In this document: positions 1 to 13,469 of the stretch, piece by piece | Position numbering within the stretch: position 1 is the first letter of the stretch | Layout: every line of letters begins with the position of its first letter | Origin: Octopus sinensis | Taxonomy: Eukaryota | Assembly (NCBI RefSeq): GCF_006345805.1 | Contig: NC_042997.1 | Location: 186,558,001 to 186,622,000 of the forward strand | DNA: 64,000 nt | Direction of reading: 5' to 3' | The notes under the pieces: model-generated | What the model saw: the letters and a program-made list of their open reading frames with translations, nothing else | What the model was told of the DNA's origin: nothing | Database searches by the model: none | Made by a program: the position numbers and the translations under genes

Positions 1-320
1 CACCATACTAGCACGGGCAAAAGTGCCAGTAAGGCGACGCTGGTAACGATCACTTTCTCAAAGACGCATGCATAAAATTGCCAGGTAGGCAGTGAAAGAG
101 AAAGTCACACAAACAATACTGGCTCATGCACACATACACATATCCACAATCACACGCATGCAAATGTCAATGGTGCATACACGTTTAAACATAGTGCCCC
201 CAAACACTCGCTCATACACGTATACATTCGCACAACTTATTGTCAGAGCTTTGGGTGTGTATGTATGTATGTATGCTACTAGCTTTAATATGAGTGTGAG
301 TGTGTGTATGGGTGCATATA

Positions 321-749
321 CTCTTTTACCCTTTTACCCTTTTACTTGTTTCAGTCATCTGACTGCAGCCATGCTGGAGCACCACCTTTAGGATTTATTC
401 TTTGTAAGCCTAGTACTTATTCTATCGGTCTGTCTTGCCGAACTGCTAAGTTACGGGGCCGTAAACACACCAGCATCAGTTGTCAAGCGATGTTGGGGGA
501 ACAAACATAGACACACAAACATATACACTCATATACATATATAAATATATATATTAATATATATATATATATATATACATATATACGATGGGCTTCTTTC
601 AGTTTCCACCTACCAAATCCACTCACAAGGCTTTGGTCAGCTCGAGGCTATAGTAGCAGACACTTGCCCAAGGTGCCATGCAGTGGGACTGAACCCGGAA
701 CCATGTGGTTGGTAAGCAAGCTACTTACCACACAGCCACGTCTGCGCCT
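321..749 (-). mobile_element. SINE family A, full length (tRNA-like head, CORE-like segment, internal (TA)n, GAGTAAAA tail)
   Basis: Reverse complement of the ~410-bp unit GGCACAGGAGTGGCTGTGTGGTAAG...GACTGAAACAAGTAAAAGAG, present in over 20 full or partial copies in the window. Confidence 0.9.
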
Positions 750-780
750 ATATGTCAATAGTATTCATTTCAATCACTGT

Positions 781-1030
781 TTCTCTTTCTTTATTGAGAG
801 TTGATGACACCTGCTTCATGCAAGCATGGAAAAAGAACAGTAAATGATGTTGATGATGACGATGATGATGATGATGATGATTATGACGACGACGACGATG
901 ATGATGATGATGATGATGACGATGATGATGACAGTGATGACAACGATGATGACTATGATGATGATGACAACGACAACGATGATGATGATGATGACAGTGA
1001 TGGTGATGATGATGATGACGATGATGCATT
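781..1030. repeat. (GAT/GAC)n microsatellite
   Basis: Direct reading; source of the poly-D, poly-M and poly-H ORFs. Confidence 0.95.
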
Positions 1031-1905
1031 TTTATAATGAAATAACAGGCCAGCTGTTACCAAATTCTTATGCATTGTTCACTCACCCACCTGCAGCATA
1101 ATGCTTGTCAACTCCCACCAGCTACCACTACCACCACCACCACCACCACCACCACCACCACCAATAACTACCAGCACTAATAAGCCAATAAACTGTGATC
1201 TTTCTGCTAAATTAGAACCGCATGTCTCCGGTGCTCCACCTCCATCACCTCCTTGCCTTTCATTCCTCTTCCAACCCCACCACTCCCAACACTACCACCA
1301 CTACCACCACCACCATTTCCACGTTTTCTACCCTTACCACTCTCGCTACCTGTCCATGTCTCACCTGTCTTTGCAAGCCTTTTTCCAGCACCTTTCCCTT
1401 TCCAGTCAACAGAGCTCTGGTTTCTGTTGCATTCACCAACGTGTGCACGCTATTCATCTGCGCACATGCACACGTGTATAATACACACAGATATGCAAGC
1501 ACTCTCTCTCACACCTGACTAGCCATATTCCAGTGTGCGGTGGGGCAGGGGAGGAGTTGCGTCTTTGTGTATGTGTTTATGTGTTCCTTTAGATGTCTGT
1601 ACATACACACAAAATAATATATATATATATTATATATATAAATTAGAGAAAAACCACTATTATGTAATTCAAACAATGATAAACATAAGTCATACCATAC
1701 AGAAAAAATAAAATATATGATAAAACATTTATCTCGATCACACACACACATATATATATATTCCATGTTTTTGTATTTTGGGTTCTCGTTTTCCATGTGT
1801 TTACATTTTTGATGTCCTGTACCCATATATTCATATATATATACATATATATATACATATATATATATATATACATATTATATATATATATAATATATAT
1901 ATTAT

Positions 1906-1960
<55 letters not shown>

Positions 1961-2378
1961 GCATTATATATATATTATTTTATTATTATATGAATGCCAC
2001 ACATCCTTTTCCAAGTAAGTTATTTAGATATATAATATATATATATATATACATAACATGTATACATACACATATATATCATTTATTCATTTTATCTACT
2101 GTACTGTTTTTCTTTAGTTTAACCGTTCTACATAGCAATTTGTCTATTTTTCTATTTATTTATTCATATATCTGTCAACAATTTAGCTGTCCGTCTATCC
2201 ATCTATTTACAAATGTATGTGAAGATACAGACACACAGGTGCGCGCATATGTGCGCACACATATATATGCATATGTGTGCATGCGTATACATATATATAT
2301 ATGTATGTATATGTGTGTGTGCGTGTATATATGTATGTGTTTTTATATATATATTTGTTTGTGTTTATATATATATAT

Positions 2379-2540
2379 AGGCACAGGAGTAGCTGTGTGG
2401 TAAGTAGCTTGCTTACCAGCCATATGGTTCTGGGTTCACTCCCACTGCATGGCACCTTGGGCAAGTGTCTTCTATTATAGCCTCAGGCCAACCAAAGCAT
2501 TGTCAGTGGATTTGGTTGACAGAAACTGAAAGAAGCCCGT

Positions 2541-2573
<33 letters not shown>

Positions 2574-2786
2574 CTATGTGTATGTTTGTGTGTCTGTGTT
2601 TGTCCCCCCAACATCGCTTGGCAACCGATGCTGGTATCTTTACATCCCCATAACTTAGTGGTTCAGCAAGAGAGACCAATAGAATAAGTACTAAGCTTAC
2701 AAAGAATAAGCCCTGGGGCTGATTTGCTCGACTAAATGCGGTGCTCCAGCATGGCCGCAGTCAAATGACTGAAACAAGTAAAAAAC
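2379..2786 (+). mobile_element. SINE family A, full length
   Basis: Head GGCACAGGAGTAGCTGTGTGG with B-box-like GGTTCACTCCC, and tail GAAACAAGTAAAA. Confidence 0.9.
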
Positions 2787-2814
2787 TATATATATATATA
2801 TATATATATATAAA

Positions 2815-2986
2815 GCACCCACTACAATCTCGGAGTGGTTGGTGTTAGGAAGGGCATTCAGCTGTAAAACCTCAGCCAGATCAAGGTTGGAACCCGGTGC
2901 AGCCATCTGGTTCACCAGCCCTCAGTCAAAATAGTCCAACCCATGCTGGCATGGAAAGCGGACGTTAAACAATGATGATGATGATG

Positions 2987-2988
<2 letters not shown>
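2815..2988 (+). mobile_element. Family C short retroposon, 3' part with (GAT)n tail (probably RTE-associated)
   Basis: GTTAGGAAGGGCATTCAGCTG...ATGGAAAGCGGACGTTAAAC(AAT)GATGATG, with more than 10 related copies in the window; the RTE link is inference. Confidence 0.8.
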
Positions 2989-3033
<45 letters not shown>

Positions 3034-3379
3034 CTTGTTTATCTTCCTATGTAAAGTTGTATCTGTAGATCTATCAGCATAAACTCTATTTATCTTTCTA
3101 TCTATCAGTTTATCTGTCTCTAAATCTAGTTGCCTATTTATTTAGCTGTTTATCTATCAAGCTCTCTATTTATCTTTTGTCTGTCCGTCTGTCTGTCTTT
3201 CAGGCAATTTTCGTTTCCAAGATAGGCATCATTACCATATCATCCTACACATACGCACACATACACACGCACACACATGCATGCAAACACATACATGCAC
3301 ACACGTACAGGCACATGTACTCACTTGCATACACATGCACACACAAACGTGCAAACATTGTTACATTACATACGGAACA

Positions 3380-4545
3380 CCATGACCTGGCAGTATTACA
3401 TCAGTGCTGCCATCACCTCCATCACCATCACCATGGCCACCACTGCTACCACTACCACCGCAACTGCTGCTTTTGCCACCACCACTATCAGCAACACCAA
3501 CACATCTACCACAAACAGCACCACCACCTATCACTGCCACCACCACCACCACCACCAACAACAACACAACCACCATCACAACTACCACTACCACCACCTT
3601 GACCATCACTGTCTGCACCACCACAACTACCACCACCACTACCAATGCCACTACCACCACCGCCACCATCACCACCACCAACACCACAACCACCACCATC
3701 ATCACCACCACCCATCACTGCCACTTTTACCACTACCATCACCACTGCCACCACCACCATAACAACCACCACCACCATTGACCATCACTGTCTCGACCAC
3801 CACAACTACCACCACCACCAACATCACCACAACCACCACTACCAACAACACCACAACCACCACCACCACCACAACCACCACGACCATTGTCACCACCGCC
3901 ATGACCATCACAGTCTCCACCACCACAACTACCACCACCACCACCACCACCACCACAACCACAACAACCACCACATCACCACCACCACAACCACCACCAC
4001 AACCACCACCACCGCAACCACCACCATCACCACTACCACCATCACCACCAGAACCACCGCCACCATCACCACCACTGCCAACACAACCCACCACCAACAT
4101 ATCATTACACCACCATATATCCTCTTCGTCCACCCACCACATCACATCACCCCCCCCCCCCGTTTACACCACCCACACTACACCACCCCTACACAGCTAC
4201 CCCCATACATCGCTACACCTATCTCACCACCACCACCACCACAACCACAACAACCACCACATCACCACCACCACAACCACCACCACAACCACCACCACCG
4301 CAACCACCACCATCACCACCGCCACCATCACCACCAGAACCACCGCCACCATCACCACCACTGCCAACACAACCCACCACCAACGTATCATTACACCACC
4401 ATATATCCTCTTCGTCCACCCACCACATCACCCCCCCCCCGTTTACACCACCCACACTACACCACTACACAGCTACCCCCATACATCGCTACACCTATCT
4501 CACCACCACCACCACCAAAAACAACAACAACAACACACCACAAGC
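3380..4545. repeat. (CAC/CAT/CAA)n compound microsatellite with a ~280-bp direct duplication (about 3965-4250 and 4251-4515)
   Basis: Unique spacer CATTACACCACCATATATCCTCTTCGTCCACCCACCACATCAC occurs twice. Confidence 0.9.
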
Positions 4546-4598
4546 CTATTGCAAAACCACCAACAAATCTGCTATGTTTTCCCCACATCAACACTTAC

Positions 4599-4717
4599 AC
4601 AATTTGCAGACTGAGAATGGAAATGGACCAGTGATGAAAGCTAGAATTCCACCCCGTTCCTCCGCTCCTCCGCTCCTCCATGCTATCTCGCTACACAAGA
4701 CCACCGTAAGTGCATCA
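4599..4717 (-). other. Candidate exon (119 nt), unverified
   Basis: Long polypyrimidine tract plus CAG acceptor and a GTAAGT donor; one open frame DALTVVLCSEIAWRSGGAEERGGILAFITGPFPFSVCKL; no recognisable homology. Confidence 0.3.
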
Positions 4718-4949
4718 CTGGCGGGGAGGGAGGGTGGAGGGGAAAAACAAAAAATAAAAGAAAACCAGACCTCCCAGACTCACCTAACCCCCACACATAC
4801 ACACACACACACACACACATATGAGAAGTAGAGAGGCGATACGGTGAATGGTTCTGTGGAAAGAGGTCTTGGAGGCTGCGTTTTCTATTGGTATCCATGC
4901 TGTGATACTATAAACTCCAACGTATTTCACGAGCCATAAGAGAGCTTCT

Positions 4950-6010
4950 ATGCTGTCATCGTCATCATCATCATCATCATCACTGTTGCTGCCGTCATCA
5001 CCACCATCACCATAACCAGCGCTACCACCACCGCCACCACCACCACCATAATCAGCATCTGTTGTCATCATTGTCACTGTTGCAATCCTCCTCCTTCTCC
5101 TCCACTTCCTCCTCCTCCTCGTGCTCCTCCTCTTCAACATCATCATTGTCATCACTGTTGCCATCATCATCATCATCATCATCATCATCACTACCATCAC
5201 CATAACCAGCACTACCGCCACTACCACCACCACCATACTCAGCATCTGTTGTCATCGTTGTAACTGTTGCAATCCTCCCCATCATCATCATCATCATTGT
5301 CATCACTGTTGCCATCATCATCATCATCATCATTATCATCATTGTTGCTGCCATCATCACCACCATCACCACCACCACCATCATACTCAGCATCTGTTGT
5401 CATCATTGTCACTGTTGCAATCCCCTCCTCATCATCTTCCTCCTTCGCCTCGTCCTCCTCCTCATCATCATCATTGTCATCACTGTCACCATCATCATCG
5501 TCGTCGTCATCATCATTATCACTGTTGCTGCCATCATCACCACCATCACCACCACTACCACCACCACCACCACCACCACCACCACCACGATACTCAGTAT
5601 CTGTTGTCATCGTTGTCATTGTTGCAATCTCCTTGTCCTCCTCTTCCTCCTCCTCATCATCATCATTGTCATCACTGTCGCCATCATCATTGTCATCATC
5701 ATCATCATCATCATTATCATCACTCTTGCTGCCTTCATCACCACCGTCACCACCGTCACCACCGTCACCAGCATCTGTTGTCATCATTGTCACTGTTGCA
5801 ATCCTCCTCCTTCTCATCGTCTTCTTCCTCCTCCTCCTCATCCTTCTCCTCATCATGATCATTGTCATCACTGTCGCCATCATCATCATCATCACTGTTG
5901 CTGCCATCATCACCACCACCACCACCATACTCAACATCTCTTGCCATCGGTGTCACTGTTGCAATCCTCCTCCTCCTCCTCCTCCTCATCATCATCATCA
6001 TCATCATTTA
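4950..6010. repeat. Higher-order minisatellite: about 6 units of 150-210 bp built from CAT/CAC/CCT tracts
   Basis: Anchor TCAGCATCTGTTGTCATCATTGTCACTGTTGCAATC recurs near 5053, 5238, 5388, 5595, 5769 and 5930. Confidence 0.9.
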
Positions 6011-6057
6011 ACATCTGTTTTCAGTGCTGGCTAATTGTAGTATTTTATATATAAACT

Positions 6058-6478
6058 AGAGCGGCACAGGAGTGGCTGTGTGGTAAGTTGCTTGCTTACC
6101 AACCATATGGTTCTGGGTTCAGTCCCACTGCATGGCACCTTGGGCAAGTGTCTTCTACTATAGCTCCGGGCCGACCAAAGCCTTGTGAGTGGATTTGGTA
6201 GACGGAAACTGAAAGAAGCCCATCATATATATGTATATATACATGTATGTGTGTGTATATGTTTGTGTGTCTGCATGTGTCCCTCCATCCAACATCGCTT
6301 GACAACCAATGCTGGTGTGCTTACGTCCCCGCAACTTAGTGGTTCAGCAAAGGAGACCAATAGAATAAGAACTAGGCTTACAAAGTTGATTTGCTTGACT
6401 AATGGGGTTGATTTGCTCGACTAATGGCAGTGCTCCAGCATGGCTGCTGTCAAATGACAGAAACAAGTAAAAGAGAAA
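6058..6478 (+). mobile_element. SINE family A, full length
   Basis: Head-to-tail match to the other copies. Confidence 0.9.
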
Positions 6479-6580
6479 AATGAAAGAGAGAGTATTGTAG
6501 TAGATTATAATTATTGGTGGTGGTGATGATAATGAAGACGATGATGGCGGTGGTGGTGATGATGATGATAATGATGGTGG

Positions 6581-6611
<31 letters not shown>

Positions 6612-6620
6612 GGTGGTGGC

Positions 6621-6659
<39 letters not shown>

Positions 6660-7599
6660 TACGACGACGACGACGACGACGATGACGACGACGACGATGA
6701 TGATGATGATGTACACCACTCAAGTCAGATAAATCCAATGACAGGAAAGTGATGTTTCAAATCAGTCTCAAAAATGTTTGCATGTTCATTCATTTCAGCA
6801 ATGGTGTCTTTCAGGAAGATTTCCAAAGGGTTTTCATTGCTCCTCACCCAGAATTTTAAGGAATGTGCTTTCCCCCTTCTCCCTCCTCTTCCTGAGAAAA
6901 TGGTGGATATTTGCATGGTTGAATTCACAGTCTGGTCCCTAACTAACGATGGTCAAGGTATATTTAAAATATTGTACCTGGAAATCCTACCCTGTCATTT
7001 CCAATCAAATAATGTAAAAGCCAGTGAAAAAGATGCTACAGTTATAGTCACTCAGCCTGCTAGAAATAACAACTAAATGTCCCTCAAATCATGTCCTATG
7101 GTTTTAGAGGAAATAAAATAACTGTCCCATGTTGTCTGCACATAGGAAAAAGCCTGGATGGTTATGGTTCGGTTCATGATGAACATGGTTCTACTCATTC
7201 AGAGTTGCCTTGGGATCTAGCAACAACACTACCACCACCACAACCACCACCATCACTACCATCGCCACCACTACTGTCTTCTAAGAAGTGAGAAGTGACT
7301 GGCTGAGTGAGTGAGTGTGTGAGTGAGTGAGAGGGAATTAGAGGCTGTGCGATTGCATAAATGGATGAGACAGGGGCAGAAAGGAAGGGCTTAAACAATC
7401 TACTCTGTCAACCATAGATCTACCCTAAGCTCTATTATGCCCTGGGGACTTGAACAAACTTTCCAATCATTTGAACCCACTGGCACCAACCATCACCAAA
7501 CACCCATGTCTTGTTCCCATTGAAGAATGACTCAATCGATGTGACTTGTGGCTGACTGGGAAGTTGTTGGCTGATGAGACATGGATGTGTTTGTGGATG

Positions 7600-7819
7600 T
7601 ATGTCAGTTTTTGCTGGGTGTTTGTATATCTATATGTATATGAGTGTGTGTGTGTATGTGTGTGTGTGTGTGTGTGCTTTTGATATGGTATCTGTGTGTA
7701 TGTTTGTGTGTTTTGGGCATATTCGTGTACATGGGTGAATATATGAAAGTGTTTGCGGATGTATGTGAGTTTTTGTTGAGTGTTTGTATATCTATGTATA
7801 TGTGTGTATGTGTATGTGT

Positions 7820-7858
<39 letters not shown>

Positions 7859-8314
7859 TGTCTGTGTGTGTGCTTTTGACATGGTATCTGTGTGTGTGTG
7901 TGTGTGTGTGTGCTTTTGACATGGTATCTGTCTATGTGTTCGTGTGTTTAGGGCGTATGGATGTACATGTGTGAATGTGTGAAAGTGTGTGTGGGTGTAT
8001 GTAAGTGCCAGCATGCATGTCTGCACATGCGTTTCTCAGTATGTGTGTGTGCATGAGTGCATGCATGTATGTGTGTGTGTTTCTGTGTGTATGTGTGTCC
8101 ATGTATGTTTTATTGATATGGTATCTATGTCTGTGTGTTTGTGTTTGGGCATATATGTATGTGTGTGTATATGTGTGTGACAGCATGCATGTGTGCACAT
8201 GTCGTTTTTAGTGTATGTGTGTGTATGTGTGTGATAGCATGCATGTATGCACATGTGTTTCCTAGTGTATATATGTATCTACACATGTGTGTGTGTGCAT
8301 GTGTGTGGGTGTGA

Positions 8315-8366
<52 letters not shown>

Positions 8367-9030
8367 TGTGTGTATGAATACATAGATATGTTTTTGCATG
8401 CATGTGTGTATATGCACAGACATTTATTTGTATACATATGTACGTGTGTATACACATATATACATTAATATATATGTATATATATGCATATAATTAAACA
8501 CATATATATATGTATATGCATGTATATATGTGTATATATATATATATGTAGGTATATGTATATATATATAAGAAATAGTGGCACAAGGAGGTAGCAATTT
8601 TTGCTGGAAATAGCAGTCGATAGCCATTCAACACTAGGTAAAGTTTCTCTGAATGTATATATGCATGCACACACATATATAAAACCATATACATACTTAC
8701 ATATATATATATATATATACACATAGATATATATACATACATACATATATATATTTGTATATATATACACATATACATACATATATATAAATAAACACAC
8801 ACACATATATACAAAAACTCAAACATACATTCATACATATATATAGGTTATATAAACTCACATATATATATAAACGTATATTTATATGCATATATATATA
8901 CATATAAACACTTACACACGCACACACACACACACACTTGCTCACATGTGTATGGACATATGTGAAAATATATGTGTGTGTGTGTACGGGTTCATGTACA
9001 CACATATGAGTGTATGTGCACGTGTACGCA
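7600..9030. repeat. (TG)n/(TA)n/(CA)n degenerate microsatellite field
   Basis: Direct reading; sub-unit TGTGTGCTTTTGACATGGTATCTG repeated. Confidence 0.9.
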
Positions 9031-10321
9031 AGCCATATGCATGTTTGGGGGTGCAGTCAAACAGTGTGTTTGCTGCAGATATATCATAAAAGCAAGTAAG
9101 AATGCATTATAAAATGACATGATGGGTGTGGAGATAACTGGGTTGTCTGGGAGTCACGGACGCTGCCATTATCTGTAGTCATCTACTGTCTGTCTGTCCG
9201 TCTCTTTACTGCTGTCATTGGTGCTGCAGCCAAGCCACTGCCACTGCTGCTGCTGAGACTGCTGCTTACATTCCGTCTGTCCAGTCCGCTAACTGATGCC
9301 AGCCAACCGGTCAACGGTGAAGCGAAGACAAGCAGACAGGAACGATCATTCAGTGTGCTGTGTTGCAGGAGCGGAAGAACTGATGCAGATCTAAACACGA
9401 GGAGTGCATCAGTGGTATGCTGGTATGCTGCTCGATGTTGCGATGTGGCGACGTAGTGAAAAATGGATCAGACGAGAGCAAACACAGTTGCACCGATAAT
9501 ATCAAACAACAACAACAACAAATGCAGCTTCGATAGCAATAATATGAGGAACAGGAAATTCGGTTGCAGCAACCAGAGTGATGATTATATAAATATAAAG
9601 TTTTCTAACATAGACACAAGGCTCAAAATTTGATTGGGGTGGAGTGAGATGGGGGGTGGTTGGGTGATGAGTCGATTTTGATGCACCCCAGTATTTGACC
9701 GGTATTTTTATTTTGAACTCAAGAACATAATGAATAGAATGAAAGTCTGCATATCTACATGCTATTTTTTTGTGTGTTTTTTTTTTACTTTTTCTATGCT
9801 CTTGTGCTTCTGCTCATCTTTCTGCTCTAACTTGCATTGTTGTCATCATCATCATCACTGCCACCACCACCATCATCATCATCATTATCATCTTCATCAT
9901 CATCATCATCACCATCACCATCATCACCATCATCATCATCACCACCATCATCATCATCATTATCATCATCGCCACCATCAACATTGCCATCATCATCATC
10001 ATCATCATCGTCCTCATCATCCTCTGCACCATCATTGACATCATCATCATTGTCACCACTACCACCACCACCATCATCATCATCACCATCGTCATCATCA
10101 CCATCATCATCATCATCCTCATCGTCGTCCTCATCATCCTGATAATGTTCTGAGTTTCATATGCAGTGGGGAGGAGACATAAAAACAAATAAGACAGGGT
10201 GGTCATGGGGCTGGAATGCCTTTGATCATAAATTTGCTTAATGAGAGCTTGAGCAAGCCCAGGACTCATTTCGTAAATTTTTGTCTTATTGACTCTGAAA
10301 AGATGGAGCCAGAATTTTGAT

Positions 10322-10460
10322 GAGGCGCAGGAGTGGCTGTGTGGTTCCAGGTTCAGCCTCACTGCATGGCACCTTGGTCAAGTGTCTTCTACTATAGCCT
10401 CGGGTTGACTAAAGCCTTGTAAGTGGATTTGGTAGACAGAAACTGAAAGAAGCCGGTCGC
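10322..10460 (+). mobile_element. SINE family A, 5' half of the host copy
   Basis: Head through GAAACTGAAAGAAGCC, interrupted at its internal (TA)n. Confidence 0.85.
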
Positions 10461-10481
10461 ATATATGTATATACATATATA

Positions 10482-10887
10482 TCTCTTTTCTCTTTTCTCT
10501 CTTTTACTTGTTTCAGTCATTTGACTGCGGCCATGCTTGAGCACCGCCTTTAGTCGAGCAAATCGACCCCGGAACTTATTCTTTGTAAGCCCAGTACTTA
10601 TTCTATCGGTCTCTTATGCCGAACCGCTAAGTGACGGGGACGTAAACACACCAGCATCGGTTGTCAAGCAATGCTAGGGGGACAAACACAGACACACAAA
10701 CACCCCCCCGCATACATATATACATATATACGACGGGCTTCTTTCAGTTTCCGTCTACCAAATCCACTCACAAGGCATTGGTCGGCCCGGGGCTATAGCA
10801 GAAGACACTTGCCCAAGATGCCACGCAGTGGGACTGAACCCGGAACCATGTGGTTGGTTAGCAGGCTACTTACCACACAGCCACTCC

Positions 10888-10888
<1 letters not shown>
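10482..10888 (-). mobile_element. SINE family A, full length, nested antisense inside another copy
   Basis: Complete minus-strand copy between the two halves of a plus-strand copy. Confidence 0.9.
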
Positions 10889-10904
<16 letters not shown>

Positions 10905-10918
<14 letters not shown>

Positions 10919-11132
10919 ACATGTTTGTGTGTGTGTGTTTGTCCCCCAACTTCGCTTGACAACCGATGCTGGTGTGTTTACGTCCCCATAACCAAGCAGT
11001 TCTACAAAAGAGGCCAATAGAATAAGTACTGGGCTTACAAAGAAGAAGTTCTGGAGTCAATTTGATTCGACTAAAGGTGCTGCTCCAGCATGGCCGCAGT
11101 CAAATGACTGAAACAAGTAAAAGAGTAAAAGA
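10905..11132 (+). mobile_element. SINE family A, 3' half of the host copy
   Basis: TTTGTCCCCCAAC...GAAACAAGTAAAAGAGTAAAAG. Confidence 0.85.
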
Positions 11133-11339
11133 ATATGACTCACTTTGCAAGCCTTGGCTACCACCACCACCACCACTACCACATATGCATATACAGCCAT
11201 TTATACTGATCCCCACCACTCTTCATCTTGAAAGATCCCCTCCGGGAGGAAAAGCTGCACATGGCCAAATGGACTGGGTAATGTTTGGCTGTTGCCCATT
11301 GTATGTACAATGAGTGCATTGACGCTGTCTTCAGGCATT

Positions 11340-12340
11340 TGATGGTGGTGGTGGTGACTGCAGAAGTATTAGATGGTAGTAGTGGTGGTTGTGGTGGTTG
11401 TGGTGGTGGTATGTTGTATATGTGTGTGGCTGGATAATGGTAGTGAAGGAGCCTATGATGTTGCATGTGGTGATGATGGTGATGGTGGTGGTGGTGGTGG
11501 TGGTGGTGGTGGTGGTGGTGGTGGTTGTGCTGGTGCTGGTGCTGGTGCTGGTGATAGTGGTATGCTGTGTGGGGTCAGTGGATAATGGTAGTGAAGGTGC
11601 CTGTGATGTTGCATGTAGTGATGGTAGTGATGGTTGTCATGGCAGTGGTGGTGGTATATGTTGATGATGATAATGATGACATCTGTGGGGGTGATAGTGG
11701 TGGTGGCAGTGGTGGTGGTGGTGGTTGTAGTAATAGTAATAGTGATGATGTGCATGGTGATGTTGATTAGTGGATGTCATCAAAGTGGTTGTGTTTGGTG
11801 ATAGAGGTGGTGATGACAGTGGATATGGTGACAGTCACCATAGTAACAATGGTCTTCTTTTGTTTTTGCAGTGGTTATTGATGGTGGTGATGATAGTGGT
11901 AGTGGTAATGATAATGGTGGTGGTGGTGGTGGTGGTGGTGGTGGTGGTGGTGGTGGTGGTGGTGGTGGTGATTGCAATGCTGGTGGTAATGGGGGTATTG
12001 GTGGTGTTGGTGATGATTGCAGTGGTGGCAGTAGTGGTGAATGCAGTGGTGATGGTGATTGTAGTGGTGCTGGTGCTGGTGCTGGTGGTTTTAGTGGTGG
12101 TGCTAGTGCTTGTGCTGGTGCTGGTGGCGGTGGCAGAGTGCAGTTAGGTGTGGTTGTGGTGGTTGTGGTGGTGGTGGTGGTGGTGGTGGTGGTGGTGGTG
12201 GTGGTGGTGGTGGTGGTGGTGGTGGTGGTGGTAATGGCAGGGGTAGTGCTGGTGATGATAGTGGTAGAGGAGGTGATGATAGTGATGATGGTGATGGAGG
12301 TGCTTGGTTATGGTGGTGGCGTTGCTTGTTGTTGTCTTCG
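11340..12340. repeat. (GGT/GAT)n compound microsatellite
   Basis: Direct reading; includes a duplicated GGATAATGGTAGTGAAGG..CCT.TGATGTTGCATGT unit. Confidence 0.9.
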
Positions 12341-12698
12341 TTGTCATAGTGATGAAGTATATTATAATTCAGAATTAAGACATTTTTAAAGAAAAATATG
12401 GCAATGAATGAAAGTATATGCTTGTCGGCATGTATGTGCATGCATGTGTGAGTATGTATACATGTGTGTATGCATGTGAGGGTGTCTATTTGTATGTGAA
12501 TGTATGTGTAAGTGTGTATGTGTGTGTGAATGCATGTACACATGTGGTGTCAGTGTATGCATGTGTGTGTTTGTGTACATGTGTGCATGTATGTAAGTAC
12601 GTATGTGCATATCTGTGTTGTGTCCCTCTGTGTGCATGTGTGTGTGTGTGTGTGTACATGTAATATTCCAAAATTTAAGAATTGGAAAAGAAAAATTT

Positions 12699-13103
12699 TA
12701 GGCACAGGAGTGGCTGTGTGGTAAGTAGCTTGCTTACCAACCACATGGTTCTGGGTTCAGTCCCATTGCATGGCAGCTTGGGCAAGTGTCTTCTACTATA
12801 GCCTCGGACCAAGCAAAGCCTTGTGAGTGGATTTGGTAGACGGAAACTGAAAGAAGCCCATCATATATATGTATTTATGCATGTATTTGTGTGCATATGT
12901 TTGTGTGTCTGTGTTTGTCCCCCTACCCAACATCGCTTGACAACCAATGCTGGTGTGTTTATGTCCCCATAACTTAGCGGTTCAGCAAAGGAGACCGATA
13001 GAATAAGTACTAGGCTCAAAAGAATAAGTCCTGGGATCGATTTGCTCGACTAAAGCAGTGCTCCAGCATGGCCACAGTCAAATAACTGAAATGAGTAAAA
13101 GAG
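12699..13103 (+). mobile_element. SINE family A, full length
   Basis: Head-to-tail match. Confidence 0.9.
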
Positions 13104-13152
13104 TATGATCTGAGTTCAAATCTTGTATAAATTCATATATATATATTATATA

Positions 13153-13209
<57 letters not shown>

Positions 13210-13469
13210 ATTGGTATTGCATCCTTTCTGTCTCGGGAGATACAATGGAGTGCGAATGAAGTAGTATAGTGGGGCTTTTATATTTCATGTCCTGATACAT
13301 TTCCTGCTGTGATGTGTGTCCTATATGGACACTAACTCCCTCTGGCAGTATACCGCAAAATGTAGCGAAGACTGTTCCTGGCTGGTTGTATGCCATAGGC
13401 TGGTGTAGTGCCAATATATATTATATAATATATATATATATACATATATATACACATATATATATGTAC

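Noticed and set aside
748-1101. Poly-His, poly-Asp and poly-Met ORFs resembling biomineral or metal-binding proteins
   Set aside because: Three-frame translations of one (GAT)n microsatellite; the same applies at 6.5, 9.8, 19.9, 45, 55.1 and 60.3 kb
3645-4634. Pro/Thr/His-rich 329-aa ORF resembling a mucin or extensin
   Set aside because: All overlapping frames on both strands are open because (CAC)n lacks stops; no signal peptide or splice context
6774-7076. 100-aa non-repetitive ORF with a CAAG|GTATAT donor-like site
   Set aside because: No recognisable homology, ambiguous acceptor, and a competing ORF on the opposite strand
7565-7590. CTGATGAG hammerhead-core-like heptamer (also about 48220)
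   Set aside because: No stem II or GAAA downstream; chance match
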